A DNA stretch of 48,740 nucleotides, taken from positions 1 to 48,740 of the forward strand of contig JAVRLX010000005.1 in NCBI GenBank assembly GCA_031960985.1, written 5' to 3'. This document shows positions 48,722 to 48,740 of the stretch, piece after piece (the stretch's first letter is position 1; each line of letters starts with the position of its first letter). This DNA comes from Campylobacterales bacterium. GTDB taxonomy: Bacteria; Campylobacterota; Campylobacteria; Campylobacterales; UBA6016. The position numbers and the translations under genes were made by a program. Under the pieces are notes generated by a model. The model was not told where the DNA came from. It ran no database searches and saw only the letters and a list, made by a program, of their open reading frames with translations.

Positions 48722-48740
48722 AGATCGGAAGAGCACACGG
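48722..48740 (+). other. Illumina TruSeq adapter remnant (artefact)
   Basis: agatcggaagagcacacg matches the adapter start AGATCGGAAGAGCACACG. Confidence 0.95.

Noticed and set aside
1-48740. CRISPR array, tRNA or rRNA genes
   Set aside because: No regularly spaced repeats or recognisable structural RNA signatures were seen by eye.

Overview
Chromosomal DNA from a Campylobacterota (epsilonproteobacterial) bacterium, probably an assembled contig. It starts inside a dispersed repeat and ends in Illumina adapter sequence. In order: YgaP/S2P/lepB/folD/cytochrome c/HU; a complete group 1b [NiFe] uptake hydrogenase operon (hydABCDE-hypF-nikMNQO-hypBCDEA) with a NikR-type operator; a sigma54-driven HP1076-like gene coupled to mobA-moaC; pgbA-like and glcD; an accessory block (MNT-HEPN pair, Pif1-like helicase, repeat element, AT-rich five-gene envelope cluster); a partial N-glycosylation locus (pglABCDEF) running into metH and hemJ; three toxin-antitoxin modules, two of which look inactivated; ilvD, amrAB, yccA, ThiD2, bioC, secG and a truncated polysaccharide deacetylase. 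The best candidate for an undescribed system is the cluster at 24441-29494. It encodes FlgT/CsgG-like exported proteins, one with a proline-free, register-symmetric ~144-residue Ser-rich insert that reads as a very long beta-hairpin. The second-best is a family of hairpin-rich MITE-like elements with IS50-like ends and a 9-bp target duplication. All family calls come from reading motifs by eye; no database searches were run.
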